From the IMG/VR virus record IMGVR_UViG_3300034137_000025, positions 1 to 60,847 of that record: a DNA stretch of 60,847 bases. One strand, written 5' to 3'. The DNA is from a virus (taxonomy: Duplodnaviria > Caudoviricetes). Shown one piece after another: positions 8,301-16,978 of this stretch (position 1 is its first letter; each line of letters begins with the position of its first letter). The notes beneath the pieces were generated by a model that made no database searches, was not told the origin of the DNA, and saw only the letters and a program-made list of their open reading frames with translations. The translations under genes were made by a program, and so were the position numbers.

Positions 8301-11175
8301 TCTCGGCGGTCTGCACGCGAACTGCCAAGCCATTGGCCGTTGTGACTGCCTGGCCCACGTTCAGCCAGTAGGTAACGTTCGGCGGCGGGGTTTCGACAGG
8401 CACATTCTTCGTTGCCTGATAGATGATGCCGTCTTCACCGAGCACGCCCTGCCCCGCCACATAGGTCTGGCCGGGTTTGTACGGCATCGAATCAGCCAGA
8501 TCGGCGATGGCGTCGATCTGCTCCTGCAGCGAGGTACGTACGTCGGAGACGCTTTGATCAACGGCGTCAAGCCCCTCCTGTAGAGCGCCTTTCACCTCAT
8601 TCAAGCGATCATTTACGGAGCCAGGACCATTGCCGTCAATCTTTTCGATATCCGACAGCAGCTCCTGCCCCAGCGCGCTTTTGGTCACTTCCCCGGCGAT
8701 CTGGTCGAGGATTGCGGTGGCGTCGGAGCTGGCCTGCCCTACCACACCATCAACGACCGGATAGAACGGACCGATATTGCCGGAACGGTCTACCAGGCGC
8801 GCCCAGAAGAACAGCGTGGCCCCGGCTTTGAGCTGCTGCATCGAGTAGTCAGATTGCGGATAGGCCAGATCGGCCAGCTTGGTCGCTGCTGCCAGATCAT
8901 TGGCCGGGCCGTACCAGATTTCCGTCCGCTGGGTATCTTCCGCACCTGGTGGGAAAGCCCAAGTGATTTTGATTCCGAACAACAGGCTTTCGGTGGTCAG
9001 GCTAGTGACTGACGGAGGTGTGCCGGTCTTGCCGTTGAGTTGAGTGAGGGTCGACGTGCGCCAGATAGACGAAATGTCGAAGGCGCTGACAGCACGAACG
9101 CGCGCCAGATACGCGCCGGAATAGATGCCGCGTACCTCAATGCTGGTTGTGCCGGTGCGCTGAACCTTGATCCAGTTGCCGTTATCTTTGCGCCATTCAA
9201 CGTCATAGGCGACAGCGCCGCTCACGGCTGGACAGGTAATCGTCATCGTGGTGATGGCGATGCCTTGGTCGATGGCCGAGGTCGCAGTCAGTGTCACGCT
9301 CGCCGGAGCTGGCACCACGGTGATCGGGATAACGCTGATCGGGCGCTCTTCCAGGCGCGCGCCAGTATCGATATAGGCGAACTTGCTCGGCTCGTACTGC
9401 AGGGCAGTGATCTCGTAATCGCCCTCGATGGTTCGCTTGGTGGTCAGCACGCGGTACAGCGGGATTGCCAGATCATCGGCATCCAGCACCCACTGAAGCT
9501 CCGGGATCGGCGCTTCGCTGTAGGCGGTCGTCAGCGTGACGGCGCGGCCGGCTACTGCCTGGACGGTCCGACCCTCGGCCTTGCCGCTTGGCAGGTTGAC
9601 GATCAGCCGGTCACCAGGCTTGGCCAAGGTGTCGCGGTCCAGCGTCACGACGCGACCAACAGATTCGGAAATCCGGCCGCCAACCTCGCGACCAGCCAGA
9701 AGCGAATCAGCAATGGGGATGATGAAGCCAGGCAGAGGGATTGCGCCCTCCATGCCGGTCTTGAAGCTTACAGTACGGTCGAGGTTGTTGCTTAGCACGA
9801 TCCATTTGCCACGGCGCTGCGCTTCAGAGGCACGGGTGCAGCCAATGGCGCTGATCTCGACAGGCCGGTCGCTGAAACGTCGCTGCAGGTCCGGGTCGGA
9901 ATAGGCCACGACGTCAGTGTCGTAGTTGTTCGCCGGGTTGTCGTAGCTGACGATGGCACGGGTATAACGAGTCTTCGCCGAGGCGCTGCCGTAGGAAAAC
10001 TTCCCATCGATAACATTCGCACGGGTGAAGACGTAGTCAAAGTCCTGCGCGCGCGGCATATCCGCTTGCATCACCAGCTGGCCCTGCGCCCAGTAGGTCA
10101 TGCCACGATAGATCGCCGAAATATCGCGCAGCAGGCCCCAGGCTTCAGCCTTGCCCTGCAGGTTCATGTCGCATAGGAAACGTGGCTCCTGCCCGCCTAC
10201 ACCGTCCGGCACCAGCTGGTCGCAATACTGCGCAATCCGGTACAGCTCCCACTTGTCGACCATGAAGGGCTTAATGCGCTTGCCCAGGCCAAAGCGGTCC
10301 TCAGTGCAGATGCCGAACGTGATCCACGCCGGGTTGTTGGTCCATGCCAGTTTGAAGGTACCATCCCAAACGCCGCTGTAGGAGCGGGTGACCGGATCAT
10401 AATTGCTCGGCACCTGCCACTTGCGGCCGTTGCAGTCGACCGTCACAGCCGGGATGTTGGAGAACTGTTCTGCGTCGAACTCGATATACAGAAGTGCGGT
10501 GTTCGGGTAGCGCAGTTTCGCGTCGATGACTTCTGTCAGGCCAGCCACGAGCATGGTGTCGGCGATTTTGTTGGTGTTCTGGTTCGCGGTGATTCGGCGG
10601 ACGCGGATCTGCCAGCCAGTGGTCGCGGTCGGCAGATCGATACGGCGCGACCGCTCATATCGGGTTGTGGTCTTGCCGTCCACAGCTTCGATCAGGACTT
10701 GCTGATACGCGCCGCCATCAGTAGCGACGTCAATAGCGTATTCAATGCGATACCCGCCGACATTGCCTTCGTCATCCTGCTTTTGCAGTGCTGGCCACGC
10801 CAGGCGCACGCGTGCCGCAGAGAGCTGGGTATTGGTGATCGAGCGAACCCATGGAGCATCGCTGCGCAATTCGACGTTAACGTTGGTTTCGTTCTCGACT
10901 GACGGAATGCCCGGGATATAGGCCTGGTCGACCGAACCGGTGCGCCACTCCCATTTCACATTTGTGAAATTCACGTTGCCGCTGGCATCGTTGATTGGCG
11001 TGCTGTCCAGATAGATGTTCGCGGCAGTCGGTGCGCCATCAAACTCACCCTCGCCCACCGCAATCAGAATCTTTGCAAGATTCGTCGAGCGCAGGCTATC
11101 GGCGGCCTCGACTGGCGCTTTCGGGCTGCTGTCGCCGCCTTTAGCGCCATGAATATTAAGCTCTGCTGCGCCCAT
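5392..11175 (-). CDS. Host-specificity / central tail fibre protein J with FN3, coiled-coil and carbohydrate-binding-like modules
   Basis: Lambda J motifs (WTNNPAW, ELYRIAQYCD, EPRFLC, FIVAADRFA); NMLFNPSFE and NLLPNSSFE modules. Confidence 0.93.
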   Translation of the reverse strand: MGAAELNIHGAKGGDSSPKAPVEAADSLRSTNLAKILIAVGEGEFDGAPTAANIYLDSTPINDASGNVNFTNVKWEWRTGSVDQAYIPGIPSVENETNVNVELRSDAPWVRSITNTQLSAARVRLAWPALQKQDDEGNVGGYRIEYAIDVATDGGAYQQVLIEAVDGKTTTRYERSRRIDLPTATTGWQIRVRRITANQNTNKIADTMLVAGLTEVIDAKLRYPNTALLYIEFDAEQFSNIPAVTVDCNGRKWQVPSNYDPVTRSYSGVWDGTFKLAWTNNPAWITFGICTEDRFGLGKRIKPFMVDKWELYRIAQYCDQLVPDGVGGQEPRFLCDMNLQGKAEAWGLLRDISAIYRGMTYWAQGQLVMQADMPRAQDFDYVFTRANVIDGKFSYGSASAKTRYTRAIVSYDNPANNYDTDVVAYSDPDLQRRFSDRPVEISAIGCTRASEAQRRGKWIVLSNNLDRTVSFKTGMEGAIPLPGFIIPIADSLLAGREVGGRISESVGRVVTLDRDTLAKPGDRLIVNLPSGKAEGRTVQAVAGRAVTLTTAYSEAPIPELQWVLDADDLAIPLYRVLTTKRTIEGDYEITALQYEPSKFAYIDTGARLEERPISVIPITVVPAPASVTLTATSAIDQGIAITTMTITCPAVSGAVAYDVEWRKDNGNWIKVQRTGTTSIEVRGIYSGAYLARVRAVSAFDISSIWRTSTLTQLNGKTGTPPSVTSLTTESLLFGIKITWAFPPGAEDTQRTEIWYGPANDLAAATKLADLAYPQSDYSMQQLKAGATLFFWARLVDRSGNIGPFYPVVDGVVGQASSDATAILDQIAGEVTKSALGQELLSDIEKIDGNGPGSVNDRLNEVKGALQEGLDAVDQSVSDVRTSLQEQIDAIADLADSMPYKPGQTYVAGQGVLGEDGIIYQATKNVPVETPPPNVTYWLNVGQAVTTANGLAVRVQTAETKITSIEGVNTAQANQITGVQTALDGKAESSVVQSIGSRVTVAEGTLTSHGTAITGLTNALPGKADASTVQALSNTVTQQGTDITAQGQALTNVTANLGSVGGENMLFNPSFERATSGMADGWALNGLATVSVSQVTSTLDPAGKAQRLDLTIPNASIYMDLSTGGAQEPKVSPGQIVTMSAYVRGTVGMISQLYFQWKSAAGTIISSDGATSVNLTADWQRLSRTSAAVPDGAVSVRLLYRVRGPVSGTSITGFAEWDRAQFELSPVVSGWKDNNGLTDDAITAGAAATTALTARVTQTETGLTSASANIVTLTNNLAGAGGDNLLPNSSFEQLSSDGTRPLWWRTDGSAGATISVSLVDSPLALSNKAVRNSYAGLANGGYIGMTYNIADGERPKVEGGKTYTLSTYARVSSPSARFTMYIQWLDAASTLLSTAQLPEVAIGSTTFTRMQFTATAPATAVRTQIFPARLINRSGAAADMWIEFDNVQLQEGAVATAYAPSVLLGDNAQSAATAALTSTVTQQGTTLTSLSSQVTDLSSTVNSVTDGLATKATTTALNALTTRVTNAEGVNTSQASSLTALKASITGESSPFSASTASWEFLSNLYGWTASVQAGSPTLVANPTFARMTGAGQFFKSIGIDANGTLYPYLRMRFKRSGTTRGSGRIYWANQDGGLAEARTGSFPIDITTTDWQTVEIDLSANAAWVGKTNTAIRLDVVNSGDTAGTFDMAYISIGSKSPSASALALSSTQATVTQQGTAITAQSTRIDTLSSTVGTVQAAIQSEATTRANADSSLATQISGVQATAGTAAANAQTAMSTAADVSGKASAMYSVKLAVTAGGQYYATGYGLGLENNNGVFQSQFIVAADRFAIVNVSGAAAVSPFAVQGSQTFIADAFIRDASITNAKIGDQIYSSNYVANQSGWVLRKDGIFEINSTIPGAGRVLINGNGMNVYDQNGVLRVQLGNLG

Positions 11176-11232
11176 GCTTTTCTCCAGGCATAAAAAAACC
11201 GCCTCATGGGCGGCTGGTGGTCACTGTTCGGT

Positions 11233-11844
11233 TCAGACTTTGTCTTCGGCGTAGATCGCTGCAGAGATGATCGCCCCGCCCCAGCGTCGGCGGCCTATGC
11301 AGATCGGGACCGGGTTACCGCTGGCGGTGGTGTTCTTGGCGCTGCCGAAGGCGTAGGACGGCAGGTTCTCGGGTGCAGCGCTTTGGGAGAGTCCGCCCTG
11401 TTGGGGACTTAGCATCTGGATGACGCCGCCAGCTACCATAGATGCGCCGAGAGTAATCAATGCCGAGCCGAAAGGAGCGCCCGCGCCGAATGTGCCGCCT
11501 GTAATCACAAGGCCAGCTACGATAAGCACCACACCCAAAATTGTCTGGAGCGAACCAGCTCGCTTACTCCCGACAAGCACTGGGACGATCCTCAGTTCAC
11601 GTGTTCCAGACAAATCGAAGGCAGCAACGCCCGAATTTTTTTTGTTTCGGAAGATGGCAAACCGAAGACCCAGCCGATCAAGCCGCCTGATTTCGTCTTC
11701 AAATCCATCCAGGGTCGCTTTCAGCGCCCGGAACGCCTCCCACACACTATGGCTGTCAACCAACCGGCGGTGTTCTCTTCCGAATAGCTTCGCCAGTGAG
11801 CCCGAAAGTTTTATCACGGTCATCGGAGTGTATTGAGCTGCCAT
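11233..11844 (-). CDS. Tail assembly protein I
   Basis: IKLSGSLAKLFGREH and GNPVPICIGRRRWGGAIISA. Confidence 0.92.
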   Translation of the reverse strand: MAAQYTPMTVIKLSGSLAKLFGREHRRLVDSHSVWEAFRALKATLDGFEDEIRRLDRLGLRFAIFRNKKNSGVAAFDLSGTRELRIVPVLVGSKRAGSLQTILGVVLIVAGLVITGGTFGAGAPFGSALITLGASMVAGGVIQMLSPQQGGLSQSAAPENLPSYAFGSAKNTTASGNPVPICIGRRRWGGAIISAAIYAEDKV

Positions 11845-11892
11845 ATTTTCTCCTCAATAAAAAACCCGCCGAAGCGGGCTTTATGAATATCG

Positions 11893-12243
11893 TTAAAGAC
11901 AGGACTGGAGCTTTTCTAGTCTCGCTTTTGCAATCCAGTTCCCGAGCACGACGTAATACTTCGCCACCGAGCCGGACGCGCCGGGTGCAATATCTACGAA
12001 ATATTCTGATCCTGCAGTGAACACGGTGTAACCGGCATCTCGACCAGGCTGCATAGTCGCTTCAGGCGTCACGCCGAGCAGCGACTGGTTTTGCCATTCG
12101 TACTGAACACATTTAGCCAATGCTTGATCTGTTTTTTTGGAATAAAGGGTTTTATATGGGCCATCCTGCCTTACCTCGTTCATCGGGCGAGCCATGCACC
12201 CAGCCAGCATTGCCACAGCCAGAGCCCCAATCAGAATTCGCAT
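11893..12243 (-). CDS. Lipoprotein moron (possible superinfection exclusion)
   Basis: Lipobox LAGC; own terminator at 11859-11882. Confidence 0.75.
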   Translation of the reverse strand: MRILIGALAVAMLAGCMARPMNEVRQDGPYKTLYSKKTDQALAKCVQYEWQNQSLLGVTPEATMQPGRDAGYTVFTAGSEYFVDIAPGASGSVAKYYVVLGNWIAKARLEKLQSCL

Positions 12244-12387
12244 GATGTTCCCTCATAGATGAAGGACTGAGCGTATCACCGGGCTGTCTGCCTATCTAGC
12301 ACGCCGAAGACGCGCTGGGAGTGCATTAGGAGCTAAAGAATTATTCGCTGGGGGCGATATAATTACTCCACAAAAAGGATTTTTAGC

Positions 12388-12870
12388 ATGCGCTCCTACG
12401 TTACAAATGCACTTTTCTCACTGGTCGTTCTCGCTGCAAGTGCCGCCGCGGCGCAACCAAGTGCTCCCTCTTCCTTTCCGCATATCCCTCTGATGAGCCA
12501 TGACACCATGACTTATAATGGCAAAGTCATCTATGACGCTTATGTGGACTTGGCTGATCCAGCTCGTAAGCAGACCACCCTCAAAATCGATCTTGATGGG
12601 TTTTCTAAGGGGTGCGATTCTTTGGTAGGTCATGTCGCGACCGACTCAGAGTGGAAGCGCTCCGGCGTATCAGGCTACTCGATCAGTTGTGTTGTACGAG
12701 ATCTAGGAGCTGATGGAAGCGCTAAGGTCGACGTCATCTATTCTTTGCGCGACCCAAGCCGAGGTGTTAACAAAAGTGAGCATATCACTGCGACGGTAAA
12801 GAGTGGCCAGCGCTACGAGAGCACAACTCCCACTGGCACAAAGGTCACGATGCTGCTTAATCTGCAGTAA
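12388..12870 (+). CDS. Secreted hypothetical moron protein
   Basis: Signal peptide, AAGGA RBS, antisense to the tail operon. Confidence 0.7.
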   Translation: MRSYVTNALFSLVVLAASAAAAQPSAPSSFPHIPLMSHDTMTYNGKVIYDAYVDLADPARKQTTLKIDLDGFSKGCDSLVGHVATDSEWKRSGVSGYSISCVVRDLGADGSAKVDVIYSLRDPSRGVNKSEHITATVKSGQRYESTTPTGTKVTMLLNLQ

Positions 12871-12928
12871 TCCTACTCCTGAAGCAGAGCGCCCAGCGCG
12901 GGCTGGGCTCAGTCATCGGGCCGGTGGC

Positions 12929-13084
12929 CTATCGGGCCTTAACCTCTAAGATGGTCACGCCGGGGTACTTTGCTTCAATTTTCCGCTCAGCCTCTCTCTG
13001 ATCGTAAGCGTTCTGCAGCACGCCGGCCATGATGCCGCCATTCTTGGGTTTTAGTCTAAACACGTAAGTGATTACTGCTGCCAC
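12929..13084 (-). CDS. Small basic hypothetical protein (51 aa)
   Basis: GAAGGAG RBS before GTG; MAAVITYVFRLKPKNGG... Confidence 0.55.
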   Translation of the reverse strand: MAAVITYVFRLKPKNGGIMAGVLQNAYDQREAERKIEAKYPGVTILEVKAR

Positions 13085-13129
13085 GGTGCGTCTCCTTCGC
13101 TTGATATATCGCAGACAGTAGCACTTTGC

Positions 13130-13198
13130 CTGTCCACCCATCCAGCGTGGATGGAATGCCAATGGCGACAACCGTTGGCTGGTAGTAGCGTTGCGCCT
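13130..13198 (+). promoter_or_regulatory. Repeated promoter module with LexA-like box, copy 1
   Basis: CTGTCCACCCATCCAG (CTG-N10-CAG), then CGTGGATGGAATGCCA, then GTAGTAGCGTTGCGCCT; near-identical blocks at 15024-15093. Confidence 0.65.
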
Positions 13199-13257
13199 AG
13201 ATTCACGATGGACATCAAGACCTAACCAGATAGCGCCAATTTAAGACAAGGGTTTAA

Positions 13258-13767
13258 ATGAAGACTGAATCTCTAGTACCAGCAGTATCAAACGCCCAAC
13301 AAAAAGTTATTCATTATTACGGATTATTTATGGTTGCTTGGTCGGCTCTAGAGAGTGTGATACAAGCTGCAATAATGAAAGAATTAAGCGTATCACCTAC
13401 GAAAGCAGTAATAATTACAGGAAAACTACAATTCCAGCCTCGCATCCAGCTTTTGATAGGTCTGCTCAAGCAAAGTACCCCTCAAAACCTAGAAGCAATT
13501 AAAGTCATACAAAAAATGGAAGGCTTCGCTCATCGCAACACTATCGTGCACGGGCTTATTATTGTTGGAAAACCAGAACAGCTTACTTTTATAAAATATG
13601 ATGGAGGCGCAAGCGTCAGTCGAAGCTTCACCCCAGATGACATGGAAAAACACATCACCGGTTTGATGGACCGCAGTCTAAATATTCAGCACCTGCTCGG
13701 GATCGCGGATACCGACATACAGCAAATCGGTGATGCGACATTAGCTCTCACAAAAAACCAAAAATAA
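13258..13767 (+). CDS. Hypothetical moron, possible HEPN-like RNase
   Basis: AT-rich; N-terminal ALE helix and RNTIVH (Rx4H). Confidence 0.55.
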   Translation: MKTESLVPAVSNAQQKVIHYYGLFMVAWSALESVIQAAIMKELSVSPTKAVIITGKLQFQPRIQLLIGLLKQSTPQNLEAIKVIQKMEGFAHRNTIVHGLIIVGKPEQLTFIKYDGGASVSRSFTPDDMEKHITGLMDRSLNIQHLLGIADTDIQQIGDATLALTKNQK

Positions 13768-13867
13768 GAGGTCCGGCCTCATCTTCGGATCCCACCAAGC
13801 TTGCATCAACGGTTTTTTTATCATGCAGGAAACAAAAAGCCCGGCTCGGGGCTGGGCTATTTGTTAT

Positions 13868-14947
13868 CTATCGCTTAGCTGTGAGTTGATCGTCCGGCAA
13901 GTCGTCATAAGCATCTTGGTCGGTGATCCTTGTGACCTTCTCGACCTCAGCCTTGATCAATTTCGCAGCTCGAGTTTTGGTCACCAAATGAAGCATTACG
14001 ACCTTTCCGCCCCATTCGGCTTCTTGAATAACATCAAGTATTTGGTCAGTAACGAACGATCCATCCCGCGGCAGCGTTGCAGTTATCTCTGTCTTGCGAA
14101 GCACGTCATATAGCGCGAGCTTGTATTCAGCCTTTGATCGGTGATCCACCCCGCGAACCGTGAATACGCTTACAGACCGATCTTCCACGGCAACGTTACG
14201 AGGGGCGTTACTCAGTTCCTCAACCGCAGCGCCGGGCACTTCAACCCCTTGAAGATTGATCGATTCAGAGTCTTTAGTGGCTGCTATCAGCTTGTTGTAG
14301 GTCCCAGCCATATGGTCGGAGATTGTTTGGATTTGGGGAGTCCTTTCAACCACCATTTTCATAAGCTCGGCGTAACGCTCTGCTGAGGTCTCAGATGCCT
14401 GCTTAACCAGCTGAAGCGTTTCCATGCGCTCACCGCGCTCGGCGTCAGATTCCAGTTTCGCTAGCTCCGCCCGTCTAGCTTCGGCTTGATGCTCCAAATG
14501 ATAAACGAAACCTGCAGTTCCGAACCCTAGTGCCCCTAAAGCCAAGAAGGTGATCAGCTTGTGCTTAGAATCCATAGTTTTAAATCCTTCACATAAACCG
14601 GCTACCAAGGCTTCCGCCTGCTCGCCGAGGGAGGCGAAAAAACCGGAACTCCCTTCTCCCACCTGTACAAGAATTTTCAGATCATCGCGATCTGACTTGG
14701 TCAGTCGCCTGCTCGAATCCGAGTAGCGTAGCAGTGCAAATGACTTGTTGATGGTCTTCTGGAAATCAAGGAATGACTCCATGAGCTCAGGCGTAATAGT
14801 CGAGTGGTAGCGCTCGCCCTTTACGTGCAGCTCGAACCGAGGCCAGTCTGCAAATTCGACCTTAGGCATCTTAGCGTCAGGCTCACGCAAGAGCGTCTCA
14901 AGCAAAGCCAGTGCAGATTCGTCGCTATCAATTACTACAGTACCCAT
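13868..14947 (-). CDS. Uncharacterised accessory protein with a central TM helix and coiled coil
   Basis: ~360-aa ORF; hydrophobic LITFLALGALGFGTAGFVY; terminator hairpin downstream. Confidence 0.7.
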   Translation of the reverse strand: MGTVVIDSDESALALLETLLREPDAKMPKVEFADWPRFELHVKGERYHSTITPELMESFLDFQKTINKSFALLRYSDSSRRLTKSDRDDLKILVQVGEGSSGFFASLGEQAEALVAGLCEGFKTMDSKHKLITFLALGALGFGTAGFVYHLEHQAEARRAELAKLESDAERGERMETLQLVKQASETSAERYAELMKMVVERTPQIQTISDHMAGTYNKLIAATKDSESINLQGVEVPGAAVEELSNAPRNVAVEDRSVSVFTVRGVDHRSKAEYKLALYDVLRKTEITATLPRDGSFVTDQILDVIQEAEWGGKVVMLHLVTKTRAAKLIKAEVEKVTRITDQDAYDDLPDDQLTAKR

Positions 14948-15023
14948 CCTAGGCCTCTCCATCGCAATGGCGCGGAAAGCTACCACATTGCCACTACAAA
15001 AACCTAGCGGTTACCTTCTCCTC

Positions 15024-15093
15024 CTGTCCACCCATCCAGCGTGTATGGAATGCCAGTAGCCGGGCTGGCCGGCGACGTAGTAGCGTTGTGCCT
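15024..15093 (+). promoter_or_regulatory. Repeated promoter module with LexA-like box, copy 2
   Basis: CTGTCCACCCATCCAG CGTGTATGGAATGCCAG ... GTAGTAGCGTTGTGCCT. Confidence 0.65.
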
Positions 15094-15122
15094 CCATTTT
15101 AGATCTGGAGACAGGGACGCAG

Positions 15123-15386
15123 ATGACAATTTCCCAACCAACGCCAAACAGCCTTGAGTTACGACCATCCCAAGAAAGCATTGATGCCTGGGTCAGGGGA
15201 GCTTTGCTTCAACGAGCAAATTTGCTGCTGTCGACTGATAACGCCAGCGCAAAGGCGGCTCTTGCCAGCTATGGCATTCCCAAATTTGTCGACGAATTCA
15301 CGATTTATGCAAAAAGCTACGGCTGGTACATAACTCCGCAGGATCGCCCATATCTGATCCACATGGCTGGCCAGCTTCCAAACTAA
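15123..15386 (+). CDS. Small hypothetical moron protein
   Basis: 87-aa ORF with GGAG/AGGGA RBS directly after the promoter module. Confidence 0.6.
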   Translation: MTISQPTPNSLELRPSQESIDAWVRGALLQRANLLLSTDNASAKAALASYGIPKFVDEFTIYAKSYGWYITPQDRPYLIHMAGQLPN

Positions 15387-15469
15387 GGAGAGATTTCCCG
15401 GGCCTTTGCCTGCAAGCCCAAGGACTGGGATGCGCCAAGTTCGGCGCGATTTATGACCTGGAGGTCAAT

Positions 15470-15943
15470 GTGAGTGAGTATGTAGTCGCGAGCGACGTTC
15501 CATACGTCCCTGTTAGATTCATGAACGAACAAGGCAATGTGACAGATGCTCCCCCAGGAAGACCTGTAGTGAAGGCCGTCTTGCGCCATGATCCACATCA
15601 CGGCAAGGGAATGGAGATCGCTTCGCCATGCCGGGAGGTATACGCCTTAGTGGACACGGGGGCCGACAATAACTATGCAACCCCCGAGCTGATAGCGGAA
15701 TCTACCTGCCCTCAAATCGGCACGGCGACAGTCCATGGAGGAACATCGTCAGCTGATGCAACGCACCATCTTGCGCACATTTTCTTTCCGGAGTTGGGCA
15801 CGCAAATTGAGACCGACATTTACTCCGCAAAGTTGCGGAATAGCGCTGCGACGGAGCATATGGTCATTGGGATGCTGTCGATCAGTTGCGGTCGACTGGT
15901 AATGGACTTTAAGCAAGGTATTTATCGCCTTTACTTGGGATAG
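15470..15943 (+). CDS. Retropepsin-like aspartyl protease
   Basis: ALVDTGA catalytic motif, C-terminal VIGM motif, GGAGG RBS. Confidence 0.75.
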   Translation: MSEYVVASDVPYVPVRFMNEQGNVTDAPPGRPVVKAVLRHDPHHGKGMEIASPCREVYALVDTGADNNYATPELIAESTCPQIGTATVHGGTSSADATHHLAHIFFPELGTQIETDIYSAKLRNSAATEHMVIGMLSISCGRLVMDFKQGIYRLYLG

Positions 15944-16211
15944 ATACGCTCCGTGCAGTTATGCAGGTTATCGCAGGCGCATGCGACTCTGAATTCGGCT
16001 CACTTCTAAGCCCAACAAATAGTAGCTCTGATGCGTCGAATGTATCGGGCTGCTTTAGTCGGATGACATTCTGAGATTCATCCCAATTGAACACTGAGGG
16101 CGGCACGGCGGCGCCCGTTCCGCCTGTGACCCTAGTTGTCAACGCACTGACAGCCACAGCGCCCGCCTCGCGTGATATATCCATCACCGCCCCCCCTGCG
16201 GCCCTGCCGCA

Positions 16212-16976
16212 TCATGTGGTTAGTTGTGCATCTTTATGCCTGAGGATCAGGCGTGTTCGGTCCATCCAAGGCCCCCCGAAAACAATAATTTCTGAAGGCC
16301 GTCCGTAGAGGTGATGCAGCAGAAACGGTCCCGAGCCGAACACAGCCGTCTCTTCGCCTGGCAGCGTTGCATCCGCGCCGAGGTAGATCCCGGCATGGTT
16401 CGGGTGCTTGGTGCGCCCTACTTCCATCACGATCATATCGCCACGCTGCGGGCTGCCCACTCGCGTGAAACCAGCAGCTTCATAGGATTGCTCGTAAAGG
16501 CTCGGGCCATCTGCTTGCTCCCACCAGCCGTCCTCACGCTTGAAGGCTTCGAACTCCAGACCCCATTCACGCCTATACCAGTCGGCGCAAACCTGCCAAC
16601 AGTCCCAGGCACCATGTACAAACGGGCGTTTCAGCAGAGGTGTGTTGCCTGTAGGAACAATGGTGCGCAGATCGCCCTCTGGCCAGCTCAGGATATGCCA
16701 GGGTAATTCCGTAGCCTCACACATGGCCAGGTCGCGAGGCGATGGCCTGCTGGTGGCGTCCGGGTGTGAGTGAACGATGCCGATCACTTCGCCGATGTCT
16801 TCAGCAGCGGCGTAATCCTCGGGGACAATTAGGAACTCTTCGGTCGGGTCGGTCGCGGTGTTTGAGCAGGCGAAGTATTGGTGCTTGCGACCAACTGCCA
16901 GCAGCAGGCCGCAGCACTCGCGCGGATATTCAGCAGAAGCATGGGCCCGCACCGCCTCCAGGATGTACTTGAACAT
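16212..16976 (-). CDS. Tail assembly protein K (JAB plus NlpC/P60)
   Basis: YPRECCG, VHSHPD, DCW, NHAGIYLG, LLHH. Confidence 0.93.
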   Translation of the reverse strand: MFKYILEAVRAHASAEYPRECCGLLLAVGRKHQYFACSNTATDPTEEFLIVPEDYAAAEDIGEVIGIVHSHPDATSRPSPRDLAMCEATELPWHILSWPEGDLRTIVPTGNTPLLKRPFVHGAWDCWQVCADWYRREWGLEFEAFKREDGWWEQADGPSLYEQSYEAAGFTRVGSPQRGDMIVMEVGRTKHPNHAGIYLGADATLPGEETAVFGSGPFLLHHLYGRPSEIIVFGGPWMDRTRLILRHKDAQLTT

Positions 16977-16978
16977 GG

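Noticed and set aside
5386-10902. Many ORFs overlapping J (e.g. 6010-6690, 9040-9795)
   Set aside because: Shadow frames of a GC-rich coding gene; no RBS or motifs
4374-11175. Invertible tail-fibre shufflon
   Set aside because: No invertase and no inverted crossover sites seen; the repeats are direct
15909-16187. 92-aa ORF after tail K
   Set aside because: No recognisable motif and overlaps the protease 3' end; may be real but cannot be supported
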